DNA of 64,000 bases, from positions 434,001 through 498,000 of the forward strand of contig LSRY02000037.1 in assembly GCA_001643675.2 (NCBI GenBank). The letters run 5' to 3'. The first letter of the stretch is position 1; the number at the start of each line of letters is the position of its first letter. A program made the position numbers and the translations under genes. Origin of the DNA: Monocercomonoides exilis PA203 (Eukaryota; Protista; Preaxostyla). The notes below the pieces were generated by a model, which worked only from the letters and a program-made list of their open reading frames with translations, ran no database searches and was not told the origin of the DNA. Positions 25,012 through 37,500 of the stretch are shown piece after piece.

Positions 25012-27537
25012 TTACATCTCAGCCAAAGGCACTGGCTCTTCAGCTTGCGACGCGAAGGAAGAAAAAGAAGGAGAAGAAGAAGAATTCGAAGGAGCAGAAG
25101 AGGAAGAAGAGGAAGAGGAAGAAGAAGAAGAAGAAGAAGAAGCAGTAGAAGGAGCTTCAGAAGAAGACAGAGAAGGTTCAGTGCTGGTGAAGGAGAGGGA
25201 AGAAGAGGAAGAAAGCGGCAAAGAAGAAGAAGCTGGTGTTTGCATAAGATCTGCTTGTTCCGCTGGGATTGAAGATTGAGAGGCAGAATAAGGAGAAATG
25301 GAAGGAGGAGAAGAAGCAAATGATGATGAAGAGGAAGAAGAAGAAGGAGATGATGACGATGATGATGATGAAACTGAAGCAGAAGCAGAAGCAGAGGGAG
25401 AAGAAGAAGAAGAAGAAGAAGAAGAAGAAGAAGAATTAGAAGAAGCATTAGAAGCAGCAGAAGCAGCTGCAGCTGCAGCTTGAAGAGCTGCTGCTTGCTT
25501 CTTTTCCTGTGCCAAGTGGAGTGCTTGTGTCATCCGGTCGATTAGAGCATCGCGATCATGGCGCTGTTGATAGAGGGGAAATGAAGTTGTTTATCAGTAT
25601 TAACATTATGATGATGAAGATGATGATGATATTTCATAATTAATCATTTGTCATTGTTATTATTTCATTATGTTTTGGCGATGAAGAGAAAGGTTGATTC
25701 GGAAGATTGAATATAGAGAGAAATAAAGAAGAGAGAAATAAAGAAGAGAGAAATAATTTGTGTGAGAATAAATAATGAAATGGTTGAAATTTTTTCGAAC
25801 GTTATTAAAAAATAAAAAAAAACAGTCATAGAAATATTTTGTAAAAAAAAAAAAAAAACCACAACATTCACTTTCATTATTCACTCCGTTTCAATTTTCT
25901 CATTTCCTTTCTTTTCTCTTTTCATTCTTCACTCTTCATTAATTCCCCCCCCCCCCCTCTTCCCTTCCTCTAAAAAAAACAAACCAATGCCTCTGCTCTT
26001 TGGATGATTGTGGGTATAACAAAATGCACGTTCAGCAATGCTTCCTTTACTTTGTCTGGCGACTGCATCTTCGGCAGTGAGGAAACGGGGCCAAGAAGCT
26101 GAAATGAATAATGAAAAGGGGGTGGGGAAAAAAATTGTTATCAAAACAAATAAAGAGAGAACGAATGAATAAATAAAGAAAGGGAAAAATAAAGATGGAA
26201 ATAAATAGAAAGATAAATTTAAGGATATTGTTGACGAAAAGACAATACGAATATAAATGTGAAAGGGATAAATAAATATTTAAGAGGAAGATTATAACAA
26301 AAAAAAAACAAAAAAGCAATCACTTAATTTTTCAAAAAATAATAAGAAGAAGAAGAAGAAGAAGAAATCATTCACATTTCCCAATACCTCTTCTGAGTTC
26401 TGCTGTTTATTCTCCTGAGATGAAGCCGCATTTTGAGGCGAAGCTGCGCCACGAGACGGAAACATTGAGGGATTCACCATTTGATTGTAAAAGTATGTCG
26501 CATCTTTTGACAAGGGGATATTAGTTTCTGTTGCAGTTCCTTTCTTGGTTGATTCGTCTTCTTCATTGGGAGAGGAGGAAGAAGAGGAAGAGGAGGAAGA
26601 AGAAGAAGAAGGATCAGAAAACATTTCCTGCTGACTTGAAGAAGATGAAGCAGAGGAGGAAGGCGAAGTTGGTGAGGATGGCTTTTCTTTCTGGTACATT
26701 CGATCGACTTCTTTAACAGAAGACGCTTCCTTTTGCTGGTAGAATTCGTGAAATGCTTTCCCTTTCTCCTGAAGGCGCGCAAACACTTTCTGTATTTTTT
26801 AAATTTTTGAATTATTCAATTTCAAATAGAAAATAAATGAAACCTTTGATATTTCATCAGCATGATAAAACGGTCCCGATGAAAAAGCTTTGGGGAAAAA
26901 TAGTGGAGAGGTTAGTATTATGAGGCATATTTATAATTTCATAATTATCGCAAACTTAAATTATCAGCAATATGGTATTCTGAAATCGGGAATTTTTCAT
27001 AAGGCTAAAGAAAAAGATAAGGAAGAATGATAATGCAATCATTATTGAATTACAAAATGCTGCAAAGAAATACCTTTGGATTAAAGAAGATCTTTGGAGT
27101 AGTACTTGGAAATTCAATATTTATCGGTTCATCCTGATGATAATTGGCGTCGAACAAATTTTCAAAAATAAACAATAAAATTAATCAAATGCAAACGGGT
27201 TCATATTCAAGTTCCTTTAGTTGGCTTTCAAGCTTGAAAATTTCTTCAAAATCTGCCTTTGCTTGCTCATTGATTTGAGAAAACAAAGTTCTTATAATTT
27301 GTCGCAGTTCATCAATTGTATGAAGTGACTTCGATTGTAAACTTTAAGTGAAATAAAAATTAAAAATATATATCACGGACATCAAAAGACAATGTGGTAA
27401 ATGAGCTCTTGAAAGCTTTGAAATTAAAATATCAAATAAAACCGTTCATGGATATCTGCTGCTTGACCATCTGCAGGCTGTAATGACCTTACACTTTTTA
27501 AACTCACAATATTCCTTGGAGTTTGCACCTGAGTCAT
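25012..27537 (-). CDS. 8-exon hypothetical protein (~490 aa), Ser-rich; possible divergent WAVE/WASH-like protein
   Basis: Exons 27537-27443, 27341-27197, 27133-27074, 27004-26956, 26887-26844, 26789-26388 (or 26376), 26098-25985, 25563-25012 all join via GT-AG with consistent phase and no stops. The family assignment is tentative. Confidence 0.65.
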
Positions 27538-27754
27538 GATATTAAAAATAAAAAATCTGATCTAGCCCATATGTAGAGTTATCAAAAATCTTCAATAAAA
27601 ATTTAAATGTTTAATGTTCTTTAACAAGATAAAAACACTCATAAAAAGGAAGAAAAAATGACAGAATGTCAAATATAGATAATAAAACCAAAAGTGAAAT
27701 GTCTAAATTGAACAAATACGTGAAATGAAAATTTGAAATGAATTAAGTGTAATG

Positions 27755-29526
27755 TTATAAAACACCTCCCTCTTCCCCTTCTTCTCCAAAGTCTTCTCCG
27801 TCCAAGATGAACGATTCCTGCTGCATATCGTCTTCTCCAGACAGCAGGTTTTGTGCCATTTCCTCTCCCTCCTCCGCATTTTCCACCCTTTCTTGTGCGC
27901 CCTTCTTCTTCTTTTTCTTCTTCTTCTTCTTTTTCTTCTTCTTTTTCTTTCCCCCTTCTCCTTCCCCTTCTCCTTCTCCTTCTCCCTCACACCCATTCAT
28001 CATTCTCTCCCCATATTCCTGCAACGAATGATCCCCGCTGTTCTCGCTCCTCCTCTCGTTCCAATCGCCACTCGTGCTGCTTCCATCCCCTTCACTCGGC
28101 GTAAACCTGGTCGAAATCCGCTTCGACAGATAAAGTTCTTCTCTTTCCCTTTCCTCTGAGTCTGCCTCCATCTCGTTGTCTTCGTCATCCCTCAGGTCAT
28201 AGCCATCGCCAGTGCCATCGTAATCGTTCTCATTTCCGTCTCCCTCACTTCCGTCTCCACCCCTCTTTTTCCCTCTCCCTGTTTTTCCATTCTTCCCATT
28301 CTTCCCTGTTTTCCCTTTCCCGCTCTTCCCATTCTCCTTCTTCTGCACCTGCTGCATAGCCTGTGCGCCCAGGTGCTCCTGAAGAACTGCCTCTGTCACG
28401 CCGTTGTGTGAGTCGTGCATCGGCAGCGCGATGAAGATGAGCACAATGAGAATGCCTGCTGTTAAGAGCAGCAGCTCGTTCGCCACATACACAAAATGGT
28501 AGAAGAAACTGTGGGGGAGGGTGAAGAGGAGAGAGAAAGAGAAAGAGAAAGAAAGAAAGAAAGAAAAAAAAAAAAAAAAAAAAAAAGATATAAAAACAAA
28601 ATTTAAAAAGAAGTTGAATGTCAAAGTGTTTCAAACCAATCAATCTCACGATCAACACAATCGGAATAGCCTTGCACAAGTGAAAGTTCAATAGGCGACT
28701 GGCCAAACAGCCCCAAGACAGAATACGCAAATTTTGTCAAAAAACATACAAAGATCATCAGAATTAGCACCTCAATCAACACCATTCTTGCTCGGTGTGC
28801 TTGCGTCATTCGACCACGATCCAAATAAAGGAAGATCCACGCAACGCAAACAAAACTCGAAATTGTTGCTATAGCCCAAAGAATAATCCAGACAATAACG
28901 AATACGCTGTCAATGTATTCTTGGTGATTTGAGGCAGGATGCATCGCATCGATGGTGTACTCGCTCAATGTCTAAAATATTGGATTAACTCTCGGTGTTA
29001 ATGATTTCAGTTCAAAAAAATAAACATACGTAGTCTTTTATGCAAACAACAACACCGGCAGAAAATCCGAGGACATAAAGCAGGTAAAATAGCAAATCAT
29101 TCAAGGTTCGATATCTCGACTTTGATATAATTTTGCACAAATAAGTTCGAGTAATCCAAGAAACAAAAAATTGCCAGGAATTTAGGAGTAGGTAAGAAGA
29201 CGCAAGTTGGCTTATAATAAAAGAAACTGATGGTTTAAATGGAAATGGAACCAAAATGCAAAGCGATTTTAATAAAAAAAATAGCAACGCAAATAATGGC
29301 GATAGAACGCGAGCAAGAATAACTGATTTCGGCTTTTTGAAAAAAAACAGAAATATATGAAGTGCAGTAAATAATGAGCATAATGTTGTTGCAACACTTA
29401 AAACAATAAGTGGCTCAGTTCCACTTCCATAAGCAACTGCAAAATTTTGATGATACAGTGAAAAAAGTTCCTTCAATTTAAAATCAAACCTGGAGAGTCA
29501 AACAAAAGAACAGTTTGATTATTCAT
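27755..29526 (-). CDS. Seven-transmembrane protein with acidic/basic C-terminal tail, 4 exons, ~510 aa
   Basis: Exons 29526-29490, 29436-29030, 28971-28637, 28508-27755 join in phase via GT-AG. Seven hydrophobic segments counted by eye, then a ~200-aa hydrophilic tail with a poly-Lys run. Confidence 0.75.
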
Positions 29527-29997
29527 TAAAAGTGAAATGAATAATTGGTACTTTTGATCTTAAAGAATTAAAAAATTATGAAAAAAATTATAATTTCAAG
29601 AAAAATTCATTTCTTGTAATAATTTGTAAAAACATTTGAAGAGATGTGACGAAATTTTTTTCTTTGAGATTTTTATTCCACACGTTATTTTCAGAAGTTT
29701 TTCTCAACTTTTAAATATTTCAGCATTTTTTTCCACACGAGAATGTGGGACTTATTGGGATATGAATGTGGAAAATGTTTGGCATAAGGCTACTTTAAGG
29801 GTACCTAATAAATAAAAAATAGTCTTAATGAAAAGGCTAAAAGTTTTCAAGTGAACTTTCATCAACACTCTTTGGTGTTGACTAAATGGGACAAAATATT
29901 GCACTTCATGCTTTTTCATTGAAAACTAATGTACTTTTAATTGACTTTTTAATATCAGAAAATACAATATAAATGAGTCCATTTTGGCAAATGGGTT

Positions 29998-30375
29998 CAA
30001 ATATCGCATAAAATACCGGACAAGATCGATTTCACAATAACTGCACAAAGAAAAATTCTGTTAATTTTCCTCAAAACAAACCTCGTCAATACAACCTCAT
30101 TTGATAATCGAGTCTTTCTAAACCGTTTCATTTGTACTCAGAGAAAATAATATTGAAAATCTCAGAGAAACTCAGAATCCTATTTCTCCGAGATTTCAAA
30201 AATTAATTTTTTCTGAGCACAAATGAGGCTATTTTGAAAGTTTTACATATTGACTGAGTTTGCATTAATGAGATGTATTTTGAGGAAAATTAACAGAATT
30301 TTTTTTTGTGCAGTTATTGTGAAATCGGTCTTGTCCTGTATTTTGTGCGATGTCCGGTATTTTATGCGATATCTG
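29998..30375. mobile_element. Palindromic MITE, family A copy 2
   Basis: ATATCGCATAAAATACCGGACA... at the left and ...TGTCCGGTATTTTATGCGATATCTG|TA at the right. Arms and centre resemble 2235-2592. Confidence 0.75.
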
Positions 30376-32399
30376 TACTTTACAGGTACATTTAAATTTG
30401 CTTTATTTTATGACAAAAGTGATTATCATTGTTTAAAATATATTTCAACAAAAAATTAAAACGCGGAAATTATTCTGAATTGAACGAAATTTTTTCAAAA
30501 AAAATTATCAAAAATGTTTTTTTGAGAAGAAAAATATTTCTTTTCCAAATTTATTTTAAAGTTGACATTGATTTTTTTTGTTATTTTCGTCTCCAAAAAG
30601 AAGATTGCAAGAAAAAAGAAAACTGAATTTTTTTATTCAGCGTCATCATCTTGATTTTCAATGAGTTTCTGCACCTCAAAATAACTTTTTTTTAAAAAAA
30701 CCCTAACCCTATTAAACTATTTTCAAATAAGAAAGTTATTCGTTTAACAGAAACCATTAAATAGAAGATTTTTAACAATATCCTATAACCTACGATATCT
30801 ATTTATCTAATATTATATTTTTGTTGAACTCAATTAAATATTTTACGGTTTCATAACAAAATCTTTTCGCATGCATTATATTTCCCTATTTCATCTCTCA
30901 GTGAAGTTAATAACAAATTCCAATTCATTTCTTCTTCATTTAATGCAAGAATCATCATGAAATTACCTTTCTTTTGAAATAAGATATGTTTCAGTCAAGA
31001 AAAATTGAGAATATTTCTCAAAAAATGTGATAATTTTTTGATCATAAATATTTTCAAAATATTCTTTAAAAATGTTTCCGCACAAAATATATAGCTTTTA
31101 ATAGCAAATATGAAAATAACAAAATGAAATCAATTTATTGTATCTTTTTTTGAATGTTCCGGTATAATACCCATATGCCTCCACTTTTTGACATTTGTGA
31201 AATGTTGGAGAACTTTATGCTTTAATTTCAATGATGACAGTTTAAGGATAGGAAAATAAAATTTATTCTGAAATCTGATAAAGTGAAACAAAGTTATGAG
31301 AAAGGCAATTTTTTTTGTGCTTTGTGCAAAAATAGCTTGAAAGTCCGTATTTTCTACCAAATAAAAATTCTATTTCAATTGAAAAAAAATATTTGTGACT
31401 TTGTTAAAAAATTAATAAATAAACAAATATAAATGAAAATAAAAATAAAAATAAAAAAAAATATTCAAATAAAAATATAATATAATATAATGAATAAATA
31501 ATTTTTAATTGCGCTTATCAATAACTTGATTTTTTTTTCAATTTAACAAAATTGAGTTATATAACACAAAATAAGATTAAATATTATATTAATTTTTTGT
31601 AAGTTAAAAAAGAGTGTTTGAGAAAAATTTCTCAAAATGAAACATTCGACACAAAACAATTTTTCATCACATTTAATAGCAATATTTTTATGCACAAAGC
31701 TTCATCACATGCAATCACAATCGGATATTATCATATAAAGTTGTGCATAACTCAACTTTATTTTATCCCATTTTGACTGAATCAAAAATATTCCCTTTTA
31801 ATCAACACTCAAAAATAATTAGAAGAGAAATTCACGTTTTCATTCAGATTATTTTTGAGTGTTTATTTAATATTGATAAAATATCATGTTTTTAATATAA
31901 AAACTTTTTTCATTGTGCAAATTTTCGAATTTGAATATTTATTCTTTTTAGAGTTTTTTATGAAAATGTTGAATATGCAACAATTATCATTAAAGTGAAT
32001 ATTTAATATGTTAGAAAAAAAGATGAATCAAAAATTGGAGTTTTCGCATTTGGCGTCCATTTGCATATATGGAAAACGAAATATCAAACAAAAGTTTTTT
32101 ATAGAAAAGAAAATAATTACATAAATAATTACCCATATTCTCATTTTTTAACACTTCATTTCATAAACATAGAAAATATCAGATAAATGTTTGTGTGCTT
32201 GTGAAAAAATGAAAAGAGTTAAAAACATCAATGAAATATTAACAGAACTTGAGATTTGAAATTGAAATAGAAAAATATTAATGGAATAAAAAATAGTATT
32301 TCCTCTTTTTAGTTAAAATGTTTGGTTAACTGAGAAAAGCAACTTCTTCAAAAATAAAAAATAAGTCACAATGATTAAGAGTGAGCAAACAGCTGATTT

Positions 32400-33730
32400 A
32401 GAAGCATGTTAAGTGAATGATCCAATGAAGAAAGAGAACTTGAAGAAGAGCAATGCATTCGAAACAATATCCTTCAAACAAGCTGCGAAAGCAGAACTGG
32501 TTGATTTGTGTGCTTTTGTCAATTTGAGAATAAGTTATTGTTGCTGAAGATGAAGATGTTGATGATGAAAATAACGAAAAAGATTAGAAAGTGCATGAGA
32601 GACCAACGAAGAGAGTAACATTTCTCTTGTCTTGCTTCTTTGCTTTTCTCGCAAAATAGTTAAAAAAAGTCGGATCCAGATTGGCTGCTTATCCAATCGG
32701 ATTCTGTGCCCATCCAATTCAGTGAAGGAAGGAAAGATATATGAAACAAAGAAGATTGAAGAGCAAAATAGATGAAAATGGAAGGAGTTGTCGAAGAGGA
32801 AAAACAAAGAGATAGATGAAAAAAAAGAAGACGATGAAGTTGGAGAAGAACAAATTGACAACAATGACAGAACATATGGCCAATGCATAAAAAATATTCT
32901 GATTCTTTCCCTTTCTCTTCTTCTTCTTCTTCTTCTTCTCTGCTGCTCAATCACCACAAGTTGAATTGATTTTCCTCCCAGAATTCACAAGAGAGGAAGA
33001 AGTGAAAGGTGGCTTAAAATCAACAGTGGAAGTTGATAATTTACACATTTTGTGCTTTTCATTCACTTCCAAAGCAATCAGTGAAGATTGTGAGGAAGGA
33101 GTTGATGATGTTTGAGGGATGTGTTTGGAGACTGTTGTGTTGAAGAAGATGAAGAAATTTCATTGAACATCAACTTTATTCGTCGACAGCTCATTGTTCC
33201 TTATTTTCTCGTTCCAAATGAAATTTTTGTTGCACCTGTGAATATGACGATTTGTGCATCCAAATCTCCTTCTGCTGCAGTGAATGATCCTCTTTTTCCT
33301 CTGCTTTGCATTTCTCTCTCTCTCTCTCTCTCAATCATCCTCACCCAAATTCGCTCATAACCCTTTTCACTCCTGCTGCTTCCAAGCATTCTCATTCAAT
33401 GCTGACCCACACAAATAGAACTTGTAATGGATATGAAGTCACTTCCATTTCAAGTCTCTATCCAGTGCATTCATTGTGCAATCACCAGCACAATTCTTGT
33501 TCTTTCTTCACTTCAACAGCAAATCCAATCCCAAATCGTCCTTCACGCCCAACGCATTTCTCCGTCGCTTCCACCAAAAAGATAAAATATCATTCATCCA
33601 TCTTCCATCTCACTTCATCATTTCTCCACTTTTCCAAAGCTCCTGGCATTCATCTGCTCATTTTTCTTCCTTTGCCTCTTTCGCCAAAGCAATTTGTCAA
33701 GAAAATCAGCCAGAAACAAGGCGCATGAGA
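32400..33730 (-). pseudogene. Degraded gene relic, possibly a large surface-protein family
   Basis: Higher-GC island with short protein-like frames broken by stops and frameshifts. No intact ORF and family not identifiable. Confidence 0.3.
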
Positions 33731-34596
33731 CGTTGTCCATTGCTCTAGAATTGTTCTATTGAAATTAAAAATATAAAAATAGACAAAAGCAGATGTGGAT
33801 TTTCATTCCAATTAATAATCATACAAATGGTTTTGCTTTCTTGAAATTGTTCGAAAAAATAAAAATTTGGCAAACAATTTATTCAAAACCCCTCTCTTCC
33901 AATATTATCTTTGCTTTTGCTGAAAATGTCCATTTTCAAGGATTTCAGCCTTTGGCGAATCTCTTTTGGCTGAAATAGCATCTTTTTCTGCTCAAAGCAT
34001 GCAAAATGCATCCACGATTCATAAAATGCGAAATGCACACAAATGAATAAATAAATCCTGTGTGGATCATGTCTTTGATTGAAAATGGTCATTTCGGCCA
34101 GGATTCGCTTTTCAAACTTCAATTCAGAAATCAATCATTGTTTCTGACATTTGAAAGTTCAAAAATGCAAATTCTCAATAAACACAAAATATCAAACTGT
34201 GAACTGAAATTACAAATATTTCTCCGAAAGTTCTTTTATTCTTTAAATAAACTAATGTTTTGAAGAACCATTTCGAGTTGTTGAATTTGAGTGTGTAAGC
34301 CAATCTTTCTCAGACGCTTCTAACAAATATATGGCATCATAGAAATCACATAATATCGCTGTCCACTTGTTGGTTTATGAAATATCAACACATCAAAATT
34401 GTTGTATTTTCTATTTATATTATTCATATGATCAACACGATAATTAGAGTTCCTTTGAATAATGTTGAAAAAATGAAACTTTAAATAAAAATACGATTTT
34501 TCTTTTGAAATGAAAATTTTTTAATATTATTACCCATATTAGAAAAAGGTATTCAGGAAAAAAAGAAAAGGAGATTCCACTTGGGTGCTTAGCTCA

Positions 34597-37500
34597 ATGC
34601 TGTCGGGAATATGCTGTTTTGCATGCATAATATATTTTCAGTGCATGTGCAATGGTACTGCAAATGAAGAAACATGTCAGATGAAGAAATACAAGAATGA
34701 AAGAATTGATGATAATCTCGAGAGAAATTGGTTGGACACCTTTCAAGAGGACGTTTTTGCCAATGAAATTGGATTGGAAACAAACGACGATGGAAGAGAA
34801 GGTGGAACGAAAATAACGAAGAAATGTGAAAAAAGGAATGATGGAGATTCAAAAGAAGAGAAGGACGAAAAACTCAAATTCGGAGAAGCCAGCCCAAATG
34901 AAATGGCTCGAGGAACAAACGTGTCTGATGAACGAAAAATGAGGAAACAACAAAGATTTGATGGTGGAAGTTGGATTGAAGGGTGTTTGATGATTGGCAA
35001 TTCTTCAATAAAACTCCACTCCCTGGGATTGGTGCCAAATGATGGCCAAAGTGTCTTGAATGTTGCGAAAGGATGTTTCGTCGAAGTGAGCAGATGCAGG
35101 ATAGAGATTGGAGGAGAAATGCCACCATTTTGTTTGAGTGGAAGTTGTGGGCTGTTCACCAACATATCTCTCCGATTCCCTTTGAATTCACATTTTCAGA
35201 AATGCCCATCTCTCTTCTCTTCAAAACCATTTGAAGGGGTTCATTCAGAAAAATGTCATGTTTCAGTTTGTTCCTCTCATTTCTCCTCTTTTTGTGTGTC
35301 TTCGGCCCCATTCCTCTCTTCACCCTCTATTCCCCTTGTATCTCTCTCACAACTCACTTTTTTCAACGTCTCAACAGCACCTGATGCATGTCCATCTCCG
35401 ACAACTGCATTTTCACAAACCACATGTTTGATGAACAGTTGCTCCTTTTCATCAGTCTGTGATGTGTATGATGGAGGGATTGTCCCCTCTCTCAACAACC
35501 CCTTTGCCTCTCTGACTGCCTCAAACACCTCGTTTACTTGCTGTTGTCGGACAATGAACGTTGAATTCATCGGGTCGAAAGATGCTAAACAGCATCCAGG
35601 GAGACAAAATGCAACAGATGATGGACAGAATAAATTCACTTGGTGTGAATGGAACGGATCGAAAGCTTCGGGAACTAATAAAGATTACGCTAACGGCGCT
35701 TCAAATGGTGGAGCAATTCACATATTCAATTTGGAGAATGGTATTCTAATCATCACTCACTGTTCTTTTAATGGATGCACTGCATATTATGCTGGAGGAG
35801 GAGTCATGTGTTCTAACATAAAATTTGTTGAGATCGAAAACAACTCATTCAGCGCATGTTCTTCTGAAACCTGGATTGGAGGGGGATTGTGTGAATTTTT
35901 GATTTCAGAATGTGTTCGAATCAGCGGTTGCGAATTTCATAATTGTGAAGCGAACAGCTATGGGGGAGGACTATATCTTGATAATTTCAATGTTTCAGGA
36001 ACTTGATGCATTGGAACAGAAAATGAAAATGGAGAAGGGGAGAGCGCGTGTCTGTTTGATTGCAGTTTCATTTCATGCTCAGTTGAAAACTTATATGGAG
36101 GAGGGATATATTGTCAAAGTGTTCCTGTTGAATTCAAAATGAGGAGCATGCAGTTCATCTCATGCTCAGCATCTGCAGATGGAGGAGCATTGAGATTTCA
36201 TCCACAGTCACAAATAGAACCAGAAGATGGGATCTATTGTTTCTTTCTTTTCTTTCATGAATGCAAATGCTCAATAAATACTCCATATGGGCATGATGTG
36301 ATGTATCATGATCAATACAATGTTTTCTTGACTTCTAACAATCCATTTTATGAATGCTACACCACAAGCACAGATGAACATTGTGTGTGCTACGCGTTCA
36401 ACTTTTCGAATTCCAATGAGTGGTTAGTTCAGCTCACAGAAAAACGATGGTGGCTGAAGAATGGGGTTCTCAATCGGTTTGTTATGATGAGTGATGGTTT
36501 TGAAGACGAGATGTGTGGAATAGATGAGTCAAGTGCTTGCAAATCAATTGGCATTGCTGTCTATCAAAGCAGGACACAGACGAGCTTGATTGTCATTCCA
36601 ATGGAAGGAGATCACAAAAGCGAAGAGACAACAATTGAGATTAAATCAATAAAGGTTTCAGTCATTGGTGCAGGCAAAGAGAAGAGTTCAATAGGAACAG
36701 GAGCACTCTCTTCAGCAGAGACTCTGTTCAGTGTAACGAGTGGCCGTCTTCGTTTGATGCACTTGAAGATTGATTGCAACTCAACAACAAGTCCTTCTTC
36801 GCCAAGTGTGGTTGTTGTGTCTGATGGAAGAGGGTCACTTTCATTGGAGGATGTTGTGATCACCACGAGTAATACAGGAGAATATGTGATATCATCGTCT
36901 TTGCTTGTGGTTCCACTGTCGCAGCTGTCGATGGTTGGTGTGGAGATCAAAGATATGAATATCTCAGAACCATTGTTTTCTGAGCAAGAACATTCATCAG
37001 AAGAAAGTGTTTTAGCAAATGTGACAATTTGGAATGTGAAGTTGAGGAGTGGAGATGGGGTGGTTGTGGCAAAGAGTGTGAAGTCAGAAGAGACATTTGT
37101 GGTGAGCAACATAACAATTGAGGATTGTGAGTGTGAGGAGGGAAATGGAGGAGGAATATATGTTGGATTGCAGGGAAATGGGAAAGTTGTGGTGAATGGA
37201 ACGAGTGTGATTGATGGATGCAAGGCAGGGGGTAATGGAGGAAATGGAGGGAGAGGAGGAGGAATATATGTGTTGATGGAGAGCGGTGGATGTGGATTGA
37301 CAATTGGGCAGAATGTGAAGTTTTCGAAAGTGAATGGGAATGAGGCCTCATTTGGGAAGGATATGTTTGTTCATTGTGGGAGTGGTGTGTTTTTGGATTC
37401 AAAAGTGAATACAGACACATTTGCCTTTTTTGACACAAGTGAAATTCCACAAGATGTGTTGAAACTGAGTGGGAGTGAAAATGGGGATGAAAGTGGAGTG

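Noticed and set aside
30698-30712. CCCTAACCCTA telomere-like motif
   Set aside because: Only two units, compatible with chance.
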